The notes below the pieces were generated by a model that had not been told where the DNA came from, made no database searches, and worked only from the letters and a program-made list of their open reading frames with translations. A stretch of DNA of 64,000 bases from Candidatus Methylomirabilota bacterium. GTDB lineage: Bacteria; Methylomirabilota; Methylomirabilia; Methylomirabilales; CSP1-5. Below are positions 18,603-28,048 of the stretch, one piece after another; within the stretch, counting starts at the first letter, position 1, and the number at the start of each line of letters is the position of its first letter. A program made the translations under genes and the position numbers. Location of the stretch: contig VRUN01000001.1 of assembly GCA_019456075.1 (NCBI GenBank), positions 1,561 to 65,560 of the forward strand. Reading direction: 5' to 3'.

Positions 18603-19712
18603 TCATATCTTCAGATCCCCCCTAGGGTCCATCGGATTCAGCCGGCTGAACTCACGGAGGAGCTGTTGAGACCGCTCATCCAGATTCTGCGGAACAACCA
18701 CCTGGACCGTCACATACTGATCCCCCCGGCCCCCTCCCTTGAGATACGGGACCCCCTTGTCCCTGAGGCGGAAGATCCGTCCACTCGGGGTCCCGGCAGG
18801 GATCGTCATGGTGGCCTTCCCGTCCACCGTGGGAACTTCGACGCGTGCCCCAAGCGCGGCCTCGGTTATGGTGACGGAGATCGTACAGTAGATGTTGTCC
18901 CCCTTCCGCTCGAAGAAGCGATGGGGGTGGACCCGGGTGGTGACATAGAGATCCCCCGGAGGGCCGCCGTTTTTCCCCGGCTCCCCCTTGCCAGTCAGGC
19001 GAATTCGCGAGCCGGTGTCCACCCCTGGCGGAATCTTGACCTTAATTCGTTCAGTCCGGTAGACCATCCCCCTCCCACCACAGGTCCGACAGGGTTTGAG
19101 AACCACCTTTCCACCCCCGTGACACCTGGGGCAGGTAGACGTCATGCTCAGCGTCCCGCGAGAGATCTGCCGTCGCCCGCTGCCGCCGCACTCGGGACAG
19201 GGCTGGGGAGCCGATCCGGGCTCCGCCCCACTCCCCTGGCAGATGTCACAGAGGACATGTTTCTGCAGAACGATCTCCGTGGAGAGTCCCCGGATGGCGT
19301 CATCAAAATCTACATCGATGGAGTAGTGAAGGTCTTCGCCCTTCTGCGGCGCCGTTGGTGTTCCTGGCTGGCCCCCAAAGAGATCCGAAAAGATATCCCT
19401 AATGCCGCCCAAGCCACCCCGGCCGAATTCGGTGAAGGGGCCAAAGTCGAAACCGAATCCCGGACCGGCGCCCTCTGCGGTGGCCGAGGCAGACGGCTGA
19501 TGGCCAAACTGATCGTACTGGCGGCGCTTCTTCGGATCACTCAGAGCCTCGTACGCCTCCGTAACCTCCTTGAACTTCGCCTCGGCCTCCGAATCGCCTG
19601 GGTTGACGTCGGGATGATACTTCCGGGCAAGTTTGCGATACACCCGCTTGATCTCCCGCTCCGACGCCTTGCGAGAAACCCCCAGGACGTCATAGTAATC
19701 CCGCTTGGCCAT
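18603..19712 (-). CDS. dnaJ: Chaperone DnaJ (type I, with zinc-finger domain)
   Basis: [36 protein letters not shown]-domain, G/F region, four CxxCxGxG repeats. The ATG at 19712 is chosen over the longer ORF-track start. Confidence 0.93.
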   Translation of the reverse strand: MAKRDYYDVLGVSRKASEREIKRVYRKLARKYHPDVNPGDSEAEAKFKEVTEAYEALSDPKKRRQYDQFGHQPSASATAEGAGPGFGFDFGPFTEFGRGGLGGIRDIFSDLFGGQPGTPTAPQKGEDLHYSIDVDFDDAIRGLSTEIVLQKHVLCDICQGSGAEPGSAPQPCPECGGSGRRQISRGTLSMTSTCPRCHGGGKVVLKPCRTCGGRGMVYRTERIKVKIPPGVDTGSRIRLTGKGEPGKNGGPPGDLYVTTRVHPHRFFERKGDNIYCTISVTITEAALGARVEVPTVDGKATMTIPAGTPSGRIFRLRDKGVPYLKGGGRGDQYVTVQVVVPQNLDERSQQLLREFSRLNPMDPRGDLKI

Positions 19713-19836
19713 CTCGACCACCCTATCTCTCAAAGGACAAAGGGACCCGTTCCCCCTTACCGGGGATCGCGAGCCCCTGATTGCCTCCACTACCCAGACC
19801 GTGATGGTTCGCGGCCTCGCCCCCTCCCGCAGAACA

Positions 19837-20286
19837 TCACTTCACTTCGATCTTGATCTGCTTCGGCTTCGCCTCCTCATCCCTTGGGAAACTCACCTTG
19901 AGGACTCCATATTTGAACACGGCGCGGATCTTGTCGGGATGGATCGCATTCGGCAAGGCAACGACCCGCTGGAATGTCCCATGGGCTCGCTCCATTCGGA
20001 GAGCGGTCTCCTGCTTGACCTCTTTCTCCAGGCGCCGTTCCCCCTTGAGGGTCAGAGTATTGTCCCGGACCTGAATATCGATGTCTTCCTTGGTGAGACC
20101 AGGGAGTTCTACCTGGAAAACGATATCCTCGGCCGTCTCGTAGATGTCCACGAGGGGTGACCAGGTTGTCGCCGCCACTCCCTCCCGCTCCCCGCGGGTG
20201 CGGGACACCGTCTGCTCGAAGAGCCGGTTCATCCGGTCTTGGAGCGAGATCAAATCCTGAAATGGATCCCCGCGTACAAACGCCAT
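19837..20286 (-). CDS. Hsp20/alpha-crystallin small heat-shock protein
   Basis: [32 protein letters not shown]...[10 protein letters not shown]...VLKVSFP. Confidence 0.9.
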   Translation of the reverse strand: MAFVRGDPFQDLISLQDRMNRLFEQTVSRTRGEREGVAATTWSPLVDIYETAEDIVFQVELPGLTKEDIDIQVRDNTLTLKGERRLEKEVKQETALRMERAHGTFQRVVALPNAIHPDKIRAVFKYGVLKVSFPRDEEAKPKQIKIEVK

Positions 20287-20317
20287 GGATACTCACCTCC
20301 TTGAACAATGAGCGGCA

Positions 20318-22246
20318 TCAACTGTCCGCCTTCTTTCCTCCGCCAAGATCCTCGAATTCGGCGTCCACTACCTCTCCTTCCGCTGGGCGGTCCCCACTCG
20401 GGGGCTCTTCCCCGGCCGTTTGAGCACCGGTCGGGTGCTGCTGGTCCTGGGCCCGCTGATACATGGCCTCGGCCATCTTGTGAGAGGCCTTGGTGATCCG
20501 GTCGATGGCTTGACGGATTTGATCGGTGTCGTTTGACTCGAGGGCTTTCTTCCCCTCCTGGAGGGCCTCTTCAACGCTCGAGATGTCGCCCACCGGGATC
20601 TTCTCGCGGTTTTCGTTGAGCAACTTTTCCGTCGTATAGGCCAGAGAATCGAGCTGGTTCCGGGACTCGATCTCTTGCCGCCGCTTCCTATCCTCCTCGG
20701 CGTGCGCATCGGCATCCTTCACCATCCGATCGATCTCGTCCTTAATCAGGCCGCTCGAATGGGTGATGGTGATCTTTTGCTCCTTCCCGGTGGCTGTATC
20801 CTTCGCTCCGACATTCAGGATGCCATTGGCATCGATATCGAAGGTCACCTCGATCTGGGGAATCCCCCGGGGGGCTGGCGGGATCCCGACCAAGTGGAAC
20901 CGGCCAAGGACTCGGTTATCTCTGGCCATTTCCCGCTCGCCTTGAAGCACGTGGATCTCTACCGAAGTCTGATTGTCCGCCGCCGTAGTGAAGATCTCAC
21001 TCTTGCGCGAGGGAATGGTGGTGTTCCGCTCGATGAGCCTCGTCATCACGCTGCCCAGCGTTTCGATCCCGAGGGACAGCGGGGTCACATCGAGCAGGAC
21101 CACATCCCGGACATCGCCGGCCAGCACCCCGGCCTGGATGGCAGCACCGAATGCCACCACCTCGTCGGGATTGACCCCCTTGTGGGGTTCCTTGCCGAAA
21201 AGATCCTTCACCACCTGCTGCACCCGCGGCATCCGGGTCTGCCCCCCGACCATGATGACCTCATCGATCTGTCCAGGCTTCAGCTTGGAATCCTCCAGGC
21301 ACTGCCGCACGGGGCCCAACGTCCGATCGACAAGGTCCTCCACCAGCTGCTCCAGTTTAGCCCGGGTGAGCTTCATGCTGAGGTGCTTCGGTCCCGAGGC
21401 ATCGGCGGTGATGAAGGGAAGATTGATTTCCGTCTCCATAATGGTCGACAGCTCACATTTGGCCTTCTCCGCCGCCTCCTTCAGGCGCTGGAGCGCCATC
21501 CGATCCTTGCTGAGGTCGATCCCCTGATCCTTCTTAAACTCGGCCACGATCCACTCGATCACACGCTGGTCGAAGTCGTCGCCGCCCAGGTGGGTATCCC
21601 CATTAGTCGCCTTGACCTCGAAGACCCCATCCCCGATCTCGAGGATCGAGATATCGAACGTGCCACCCCCTAAATCGAAGACGGCGATCTTCTCGTCCTT
21701 TTTCTTATCGAAGCCATAGGCCAATGAGGCTGCCGTCGGCTCGTTGATGATCCGGAGGACCTCGAGCCCGGCGATCACCCCGGCATCCTTGGTCGCCTGG
21801 CGCTGACCATCGTTAAAGTAGGCGGGTACGGTAATGACTGCCTTGGTGACCTTGTCTCCGAGGTACGCCTCGGCGTCGGTCTTGAGCTTCTGGAGAACCA
21901 TGGCCGAGATCTCCGGAGGCGAGTACTGTTTCTCACGGGCCTCGACCCGCGCATCTCCCCCGGGACCCTTTACCACCTGGTAGGGAACTAGCTTCATCTC
22001 GTGGAGCACCTCATCATATCGGCGTCCCATCAATCGCTTGATGGAGAAGATCGTATTCTCGGGGTTCGTGATGGCCTGACGCTTGGCCACTTGGCCCACC
22101 AGCCTTTCCCCATCCTTCGAGAACGCCACGACGGACGGGGTCAGCCTCCCTCCCTCTGCGTTCGCGATAACGCCAGGCTCGCCCCCCTCCATGACTGATA
22201 CGACCGAATTCGTCGTCCCCAGATCAATTCCAATAACTTTAGCCAC
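20318..22246 (-). CDS. dnaK: Chaperone DnaK (Hsp70)
   Basis: (M)[21 protein letters not shown]... full-length Hsp70. GTG 22246 lies 7 nt after AAGGAGG; the ORF-track start 22285 is an upstream extension. Confidence 0.97.
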   Translation of the reverse strand: MAKVIGIDLGTTNSVVSVMEGGEPGVIANAEGGRLTPSVVAFSKDGERLVGQVAKRQAITNPENTIFSIKRLMGRRYDEVLHEMKLVPYQVVKGPGGDARVEAREKQYSPPEISAMVLQKLKTDAEAYLGDKVTKAVITVPAYFNDGQRQATKDAGVIAGLEVLRIINEPTAASLAYGFDKKKDEKIAVFDLGGGTFDISILEIGDGVFEVKATNGDTHLGGDDFDQRVIEWIVAEFKKDQGIDLSKDRMALQRLKEAAEKAKCELSTIMETEINLPFITADASGPKHLSMKLTRAKLEQLVEDLVDRTLGPVRQCLEDSKLKPGQIDEVIMVGGQTRMPRVQQVVKDLFGKEPHKGVNPDEVVAFGAAIQAGVLAGDVRDVVLLDVTPLSLGIETLGSVMTRLIERNTTIPSRKSEIFTTAADNQTSVEIHVLQGEREMARDNRVLGRFHLVGIPPAPRGIPQIEVTFDIDANGILNVGAKDTATGKEQKITITHSSGLIKDEIDRMVKDADAHAEEDRKRRQEIESRNQLDSLAYTTEKLLNENREKIPVGDISSVEEALQEGKKALESNDTDQIRQAIDRITKASHKMAEAMYQRAQDQQHPTGAQTAGEEPPSGDRPAEGEVVDAEFEDLGGGKKADS

Positions 22247-22314
22247 CTCAGGACCTCCTTCTGACAGAGATTGTTGATTAAACAATGGCGGCAGCCGTTA
22301 GGCTGACACACTCT

Positions 22315-22345
22315 ATAATATGAAACTTGAGTCGAACATTGTCAA
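22315..22345 (-). promoter_or_regulatory. Sigma70-like promoter of the dnaK operon
   Basis: Minus strand: TTGACA (22345-22340), 17-nt spacer, CATATT (22322-17), or 19 nt to TATTAT. Confidence 0.5.
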
Positions 22346-22348
22346 GTT
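22324..22348 (-). promoter_or_regulatory. HAIR-like HspR operator
   Basis: Minus strand reads AACTTGACA-ATGTTCG-ACTCAAGTT, against the HAIR consensus CTTGAGT-N7-ACTCAAG. The right half is perfect and the outer 7-nt arms AACTTGA/TCAAGTT are perfectly complementary. Overlaps the -35 box. Confidence 0.65.
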
Positions 22349-22584
22349 TTTTTGATGGTTGTAACTATTTATTTCTAATGTTTTTTGCGTCTTGTAGGCC
22401 TTCCCAAGACTCCCTCACGACACTGTTACTCATACCTGTCACCCATACAGCATCACGGCCGACCCGGCACCTTGGGCGAGGCCGAGATCAGCACCGGGGA
22501 GGAGACTACCTTGACAGCCCGTCCTCTTTTGCCTAGAGTAGGGCCACTCATTCGGAAAAAGCAGATTCAGAGGTTCGACTGCGC

Positions 22585-22935
22585 ATGTCTGAACTCGAAG
22601 AGCCGGCCAAGCACGTCGTCTTTTTCATTGCCGCCGCCTCTGCCGAAGAGGGAGAGAGAATCGCCAGGTCCCTTTTGGAGGAGCGTCTTGCCGCCTGCGT
22701 GAACATCGTCCCCGGCGTTCGATCCTTTTTCTGGTGGGAGGGGAAAGTCCAAGAGGAGGCAGAGGTGTTACTCATCGGCAAGGGACGGGCCGATCTCTTC
22801 CCAAAGGTACAGGCCTTGGTGCGGGCCCTCCACTCGTATACCCTTCCTGAGATCATCTCCATTCCGATCACCTCGGGCCTTCCCGATTACCTCGCCTGGA
22901 TCGACGACTCCACCCTCCCCCCCGGGTCCCGTTGA
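22585..22935 (+). CDS. cutA: Divalent-cation tolerance protein CutA
   Basis: EEGERIARSLLEERLAACVNIVPGVRSFFWWEGKVQEEAEVLLIGK...HSYTLPEIISIPI. Confidence 0.88.
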   Translation: MSELEEPAKHVVFFIAAASAEEGERIARSLLEERLAACVNIVPGVRSFFWWEGKVQEEAEVLLIGKGRADLFPKVQALVRALHSYTLPEIISIPITSGLPDYLAWIDDSTLPPGSR

Positions 22936-23846
22936 GCCCCCGTCAGTCTTCACCCCAGTTGCCGAAGCCCTCCTCCCGATTCAGCCTCATTTTGGCTGGC
23001 GGCCTCGCCCGGGGGGCCGCACACTTGGGCGCTTGGCGTGCCCTCTCGGACGCTCAACTCGTACCAGAGCGGGTCGTGGGAGTCAGTATTGGGGCGATAG
23101 TCGGAGCCTGGCTCTGCAAGGAGGGGTGTACAGAGGAGACCTCGGCGCGCTTGCGCTACTTGGCACGGTCGGTGCATAAAGATCTGTCCGCCAACAAGAG
23201 GAATATAAAGAGTTTTTGGGATGTGCGGCACCTTATGTCCTTTGGGCAGCGCCGCTCGTTTGTGGAAGAAAAACTGGGCATGAAGGGATTAACCTTCGGA
23301 GAATTACCGCTCCCCCTGTACGTCGCAGCGACTCGGCTCATTCCCCCTGGCCGAGTGGTCTTTGGGGATGACCCGGACGGGTCGGTGGCGGAGGCGATCC
23401 TCGCCAGCACCGCCGTTCCTTCCCACCTGCCAGTGCGCGCGGGCCACTCATACTACTTGGACGGCGGCCTCAGCGGGAACCTCCCGGTCTCGGAAGCGGC
23501 GAAAAGGGGGGCTCGGGTCGTCTTGGCGGTCAGCCTTGGCTCCCCAGTCAGGGATGGGCGGGGAAAGGCGAGAAAGGTCCTGTGGCGCGTCTGCCGAGAC
23601 ATTTATCGGCTCTCAACTCTGCGGGAGATAGAGGGCTCGAGGGCTCGGGGTATCACCGTCCTCCAAGTCAGCTCTCCGGAGATTGAGTCGCACGGGCTGT
23701 TTTCCTTTGAAAAGCTTGACATGATCGAGGAACACGGGTATAAGGCCACCCAATGCGTCCTTCCCGCCCTCCTCCAAGCGCTCGGGCGCCCGGGCGGCAA
23801 CGAGCCGTCCACCTCGGAACTTCAGGGAGGAACGGGTGGATCGTAA
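22932..23846 (+). CDS. Patatin-like phospholipase
   Basis: LILAGGLARGAAHLG (GGxRG), GVSIG (GxSxG nucleophile elbow), DGG catalytic Asp motif (YYLDGGLSGNLP). TTGA overlap with cutA. Confidence 0.85.
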   Translation: MSPRQSSPQLPKPSSRFSLILAGGLARGAAHLGAWRALSDAQLVPERVVGVSIGAIVGAWLCKEGCTEETSARLRYLARSVHKDLSANKRNIKSFWDVRHLMSFGQRRSFVEEKLGMKGLTFGELPLPLYVAATRLIPPGRVVFGDDPDGSVAEAILASTAVPSHLPVRAGHSYYLDGGLSGNLPVSEAAKRGARVVLAVSLGSPVRDGRGKARKVLWRVCRDIYRLSTLREIEGSRARGITVLQVSSPEIESHGLFSFEKLDMIEEHGYKATQCVLPALLQALGRPGGNEPSTSELQGGTGGS

Positions 23847-25713
23847 TCGCTCAGTCACTTGGTTGATCCCGATTACCGGCATCGTTTTCCTTGCCAGCTG
23901 TACTTCACTCTCTTCGCTGCAGCACCCCTCCGCATCACCACACGAGGGTTCGTCCTCGGCCCCCGCTGCGTCGGATGCTCTTGATCCCACATTCCATCCC
24001 CCTCAACCGCCGAGGCTCACGGTGGCCACACCCCCGCCTGACCCCTTCTCGTCCTTCCCCAACGGGGAGGATGTCCTTTCGGACGATCCCATCCTGGCTG
24101 AGGCAAAGGAGCTCCTCCGCGACGCCGAACGTCACGTGGAAGAGGGCGAGGACGATCCGGCGATGACGCTCCTCACCCGGGTCCGGGCTCTCCTCTTGAG
24201 CGATGGGACCGCTTTGTCACCGGAAGCCAGACGCCGCCGAGAACAAACTTTGGAGGAAATGGAGGCCCTCCTAGAAGAGATAATCGTTATCCGCGCGATG
24301 GGCGCAACTCCCTCGGAAGGGGAAGCGTCGCTGGTGAGCCCTGAGGATGCCGCCCTCTTAGAGAAGGTAACCCCCGAAATGCCGTCATGGGGGAAGCCGG
24401 AGATCATCCACGACATCCCCATTGAGATAAACCCACCCGTGCAGGCGTACATCGAGCTCTTCACCACCGAAAGGCGGAACCAAATTGCGGAGGCCCTCGA
24501 GCGTTCAGGGCCATACCTTCCCATGATGCGCCAGATCTTCGCAGACAAGGGGTTACCCCAGGACCTCGTAAACCTGGCCTATATCGAGAGCAGCTTCAAA
24601 CTCTACGCCTACTCCCGGGCGAGGGCGGTAGGAGTCTGGCAGTTCATGAAAGGGACGGCCCGGAAATACGGGTTGAAAAGAAATTGGTGGGTCGATGAAC
24701 GCCGGGACCCGGTGAAAGCTACGATGGCGGCGGCGGAGTACCTTGCGGATCTGCACGCGATGTTTGAGTCCTGGCCTTTAGCCATTGCCGCCTATAATGC
24801 AGGGGAAGGAAAGGTCCTCCGAGCCATCCGCCGCCAGAAGACGACCGACTTCTGGAAGCTCAGGCTGCCCAGGGAGACCAAGTTCCACGTCCCTGCCTTT
24901 CTGGCAATGACCATAATCACCAAGGACCCCGAAGCTCATGGATTCGCTCGACCCAATGAGCAGCCCTGGCAGGTGGATCAGGTCGCCCTGCCTGAGCCTG
25001 CGGATCTTCGGCTTCTCGCGAAGGCCGCCGGGGTAAGCATCGAGGAATTGAGACGCTTAAACCCCGAGCTCAGGCGTCTCGTGACTCCGCCCCAGGAGGA
25101 TTACCTCCTGAATCTCCCCTCCGAAAGTACAGCGACTTTCCGCGAAGCGCTTGCAGAGCTCCCCCAGGTGCGTCGGGTCGGATGGCGACAGCGGCGGATT
25201 CGGCGGGGAGAGACCCTTTCCACCATCGCCCAGCGTTATGGAACGACCATCGCAACCCTGATGGAGATGAACCAGCTGAAAAGCCCCCACCGAATCCGCG
25301 CTGGCACCCGCATCACCATCCCGGTCCCAGCCCTCACCCTCGCCGAGACCTCGACCCCCAGACGACGCGGGAACGGGACAGGGACTTCCCATTATGTGGT
25401 CCAATATGGAGACACCCTCTCGGAGATCGCCCGCGCCCATCGGGTAAGCACTCGCGACCTCAAGCGCTGGAATCGCCTCCGAGGCTCACGTATCTATCCC
25501 GGGCACACGCTCCGGATTTACCCTGAGTTCCCCCTGGAGCGTGGGGTCGCAAGGGGACACCACCGGATTCGGCGGGGAGAGACCCTTTCCACCATCGCCC
25601 AGCGGTATGGCACGACCGTGGCAACCCTGATTGAGATGAACCGGCTGAAGAGCCCCCACCGGATCCGCGCTGGCACCCGCATCACCGTCCCGGTCTCGGG
25701 CGAGTCACCATAA
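23836..25713 (+). CDS. Lipoprotein lytic transglycosylase (MltD-like SLT domain) with three LysM domains
   Basis: Lipobox FLASC. SLT core AYIESSFKLYAYSRARAVGVWQFMKGTARKYGL...AAYNAGEG. LysM units (two RRGETLSTIAQRYG..., one YGDTLSEIARAH...). Confidence 0.85.
   Translation: MDRNRSVTWLIPITGIVFLASCTSLSSLQHPSASPHEGSSSAPAASDALDPTFHPPQPPRLTVATPPPDPFSSFPNGEDVLSDDPILAEAKELLRDAERHVEEGEDDPAMTLLTRVRALLLSDGTALSPEARRRREQTLEEMEALLEEIIVIRAMGATPSEGEASLVSPEDAALLEKVTPEMPSWGKPEIIHDIPIEINPPVQAYIELFTTERRNQIAEALERSGPYLPMMRQIFADKGLPQDLVNLAYIESSFKLYAYSRARAVGVWQFMKGTARKYGLKRNWWVDERRDPVKATMAAAEYLADLHAMFESWPLAIAAYNAGEGKVLRAIRRQKTTDFWKLRLPRETKFHVPAFLAMTIITKDPEAHGFARPNEQPWQVDQVALPEPADLRLLAKAAGVSIEELRRLNPELRRLVTPPQEDYLLNLPSESTATFREALAELPQVRRVGWRQRRIRRGETLSTIAQRYGTTIATLMEMNQLKSPHRIRAGTRITIPVPALTLAETSTPRRRGNGTGTSHYVVQYGDTLSEIARAHRVSTRDLKRWNRLRGSRIYPGHTLRIYPEFPLERGVARGHHRIRRGETLSTIAQRYGTTVATLIEMNRLKSPHRIRAGTRITVPVSGESP
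25195..25326 (+). repeat. Intragenic direct repeat copy 1 (LysM module)
   Basis: About 132 nt, nearly identical to 25564-25695 (offset 369 nt), with only a handful of substitutions. Confidence 0.8.
25564..25695 (+). repeat. Intragenic direct repeat copy 2 (LysM module)
   Basis: See copy 1. Encodes RIRRGETLSTIAQRYGTTVATLIEMNRLKSPHRIRAGTRITVPV. Confidence 0.8.
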
Positions 25714-26023
25714 CCTGGGCCGCTGGAATAACCACCCACCATTCCCCATCCCGAGCGCGCGCTCCGGATCCATGAGGAGTAGCTGTCACTACAGGGTTCT
25801 CCCTTCTGTAATCCAGCCAAAGAAACAACCGGAAAGATTCCATCTGCCTGAGCTTCGGTTATGACGTTGACTGCCCCATATCCCTATGATATGGGGAGGG
25901 CGGGAGGATGATAGGGGAGGAGAAGGAGGAAGAGCGAAAGGTCACAGAAGTCGTCGAGAAGATTCGCGACGGGCAGTACCTGGAAGATCAGGGACGAAGC
26001 GGTTGAGAAAAAGGAGCTAAGCG

Positions 26024-26608
26024 GTGTCGTTTGCGTCCTTCGAATGGGCACGCAAGGGCGTTCACCTCGTTGGCGGCCTCATTCCCCTCATCTACCTGTT
26101 CCTGGACCTCACCAAGTTCGAGGCTCTCCTCATTCTGGGCAGCATTGCTTTCCCTTACATCGGCGCAGATTTCCTGCGCCTGCGCTGGCCTGCCTTGAAC
26201 CAGTGGTTCCTCGATTTGTTTCAAGGAGCGATGCGACCTGGCGAGGAGAACCGCCCCACAGGAGCCTCGTATTACTTTCTGGCCTGCTGGGTGACCATCT
26301 TGGTATTTGACCGGACCGTCGCTGTAGCCGCCTTATTGGTCCTCGCCTGTGGGGATACCGCCGCATCAGTCGTCGGCAAGACCCTCGGAGGCTACCGGCT
26401 GAGCAAGGAGAAAACCCTGTCGGGAACGGCAGCTTTCCTGCTGGCGGCCCTGCTGGTCGCCCTCCCTTTCTTCCCTCTCGCCACGGCTTTCGGGGGGGCG
26501 GTCATCGCCGCAGTGACAGAGTGCCTCCCCCTGCCCCTGGATGATAACGTCACGGTTCCCCTGGTGGCTGGCCTCTCCTTTACCCTCTTGCGTCCTCTTT
26601 CCGTCTGA
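26024..26608 (+). CDS. Polyprenol/dolichol/phytol kinase-family (CTP-dependent, CDS-like) membrane protein
   Basis: Polytopic membrane protein with LACGDTAASVVGKTLGGYRL...KTLSGTAAFLLAA. GTG start. Confidence 0.55.
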   Translation: MSFASFEWARKGVHLVGGLIPLIYLFLDLTKFEALLILGSIAFPYIGADFLRLRWPALNQWFLDLFQGAMRPGEENRPTGASYYFLACWVTILVFDRTVAVAALLVLACGDTAASVVGKTLGGYRLSKEKTLSGTAAFLLAALLVALPFFPLATAFGGAVIAAVTECLPLPLDDNVTVPLVAGLSFTLLRPLSV

Positions 26609-26610
26609 GG

Positions 26611-27042
26611 CTATCTCGCCTCGGCTCCCTCGCCATACGACCGGATCAGAGCCGCCATGACATTCTCCGCCTCAGGGGACAGTTCGAGAAACTCCAAGCC
26701 TGTGCGATAGAAAAGGAGACCTTCCCCCGGGGGGCCTGTCGCCCGGTGGTCAACGGTGCTGTGGGCCACCTGGCACTTGATGCGCACGGCCGTCTCAGCC
26801 ACCATGAAGGTCAGCGTGCACTGGGATCCGACCCGCAACGTGCCCTGGTGTTCTACCAACGCTCCCCCCATGCTCAGGTTTACGACATCTGCCTCTGCGG
26901 GCGGGATAATGTAGCCCCCGACCTCGGTCGTCCGGAACCTGGGTAACTTACGCCGATCGTCCCCGCCTTTCCTCACGTGGCTTCCTCTGCTCTCTCCCAC
27001 AAGTTGTCCGAGCCCACGCCCGGAGCCCAGGGACCATTCCAT
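26611..27042 (-). CDS. PilZ domain protein (predicted c-di-GMP receptor), last gene of the Ubl cassette
   Basis: RRKLPR (RxxxR) and NLSMGG (D/NxSxxG) motifs. The ATG directly abuts the Ubl stop (TGAATG at 27045-27040). Confidence 0.75.
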   Translation of the reverse strand: MEWSLGSGRGLGQLVGESRGSHVRKGGDDRRKLPRFRTTEVGGYIIPPAEADVVNLSMGGALVEHQGTLRVGSQCTLTFMVAETAVRIKCQVAHSTVDHRATGPPGEGLLFYRTGLEFLELSPEAENVMAALIRSYGEGAEAR

Positions 27043-27357
27043 TCACGGTGTCTGCGGTGAGACGCCCAGGTCCGGCACCAGACTTCCCGAGCCTTTTTCG
27101 CCAGCCAGTCGGACAAACTCCAAAATCTCACCAGTCTGGAGGATATGGCTTTCCATCACTTCGCGGCCATCGACGATCGCGATGGCTCGAGGGCCGATGT
27201 TTAATGCCTGCTTCAACGAGTCGCGGACCTCGGCAACGCTTCGCCCCGCGATGTCGACCTCGAGGGAATGGACCCCATAGATGATCTTCACCGTCCCTTG
27301 AGTTCGTGTTGGGGACTCCGGGCGGATCCGCGGCGCCTGCTTGAGTGGTTCGGTCAT
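27043..27357 (-). CDS. Ubiquitin-like beta-grasp protein (ThiS/MoaD/Prok_Ub-like) with a 15-aa C-terminal extension
   Basis: ATG 27357 overlaps the E1 stop (ATGA 27357-27354). 104 aa. Core VKIIYGVHSLEVDIAGRSVAEVRDSLKQALNIGPRAIAIVDGREVMESHILQTGEILEFVRLAGEKG, then SGSLVPDLGVSPQTP. The ORF-track start 27537 is an out-of-context extension. Confidence 0.6.
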   Translation of the reverse strand: MTEPLKQAPRIRPESPTRTQGTVKIIYGVHSLEVDIAGRSVAEVRDSLKQALNIGPRAIAIVDGREVMESHILQTGEILEFVRLAGEKGSGSLVPDLGVSPQTP

Positions 27358-28037
27358 CGCTCTCTCTCTCCCTCGCGCTTGACCGGGTTGCTCTTGCCCT
27401 CGACAATATCGAGGTAGACCTCGCCGAATTGGAGCTTCGCCTCGCACACGCCATAGAAGGCGTTGAGCATGGCCGAGGCAACGGCGAGATTCGTAAAAAG
27501 CAGCTGGGGCGCTCCGCGCTCCATCAGCTCCTCGCACGACATCTCCGCCGGCGAGCGATCCCTGGGGCTCTGGATCTCTGGGTGAAACCGCGTGATCGGC
27601 GCGGTCCGGTCCTGACCGTCCTCGCGGATATGGATTTGAACATTCCCATCGATGAAATCGTTCCCCCCGGAAATCAGGGTCACCGCCGCAAGCTTTTCGC
27701 AGTATTCACTCACTAGCTTCCGTGTTTTGTGGTTATCGACCGCCAGAAATATCGTGTCTCCGCCGAGGATGTATGGCGCGATGTTGGCCTCCGTAATGTA
27801 CTCGGGCACGGCCCGGAAGGAGAGTCCCTGAAACTCCCGAGCCATCTCGGCAGCCTTGACCTTCGCTTTGTTCCCGAGCGTCCCAAACGCTTGCCTGTCC
27901 GCATTCCCCCGCTCAAACTCATCCCCATCAATGAGGGTGATCCGAGCTCGGTCGTCCCCGTAATTTAGATACCGGGCCAGAAACGGGAGGAGGGCGCAGC
28001 CAATCCCGCCCATACCAATTATCTTAATCTCTCGCAT
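27354..28037 (-). CDS. Minimal E1-like (ThiF/MoeB/Uba family) adenylyltransferase
   Basis: IKIIGMGGIGCALL (GxGxxG), LIDGDEFERGNADRQ, FLAVDNHKTR. 227 aa, with no rhodanese or UFD domain. Confidence 0.85.
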   Translation of the reverse strand: MREIKIIGMGGIGCALLPFLARYLNYGDDRARITLIDGDEFERGNADRQAFGTLGNKAKVKAAEMAREFQGLSFRAVPEYITEANIAPYILGGDTIFLAVDNHKTRKLVSEYCEKLAAVTLISGGNDFIDGNVQIHIREDGQDRTAPITRFHPEIQSPRDRSPAEMSCEELMERGAPQLLFTNLAVASAMLNAFYGVCEAKLQFGEVYLDIVEGKSNPVKREGERER

Positions 28038-28048
28038 TATAGATATTA

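Noticed and set aside
18096-19856. 586-aa plus-strand ORF (the longest in this region) antisense to hspR/dnaJ. Similar long antisense ORFs lie at 52270-53700 (opposite moeA), 12675-13868 (opposite proC), 37234-38461 and 20675-21673.
   Set aside because: Their composition is low-complexity and Arg/Pro/Gly-rich with no recognisable motifs. The opposite strand encodes unmistakable conserved proteins. These are typical shadow ORFs of GC-rich DNA.
25908-26006. 32-aa acidic ORF (MIGEEKEEERKVTEVVEKIRDGQYLEDQGRSG) with GGGAGG before its ATG, upstream of the polyprenol kinase-like gene.
   Set aside because: The RBS is plausible but there is no homology handle. It is reported here only as a possibility.
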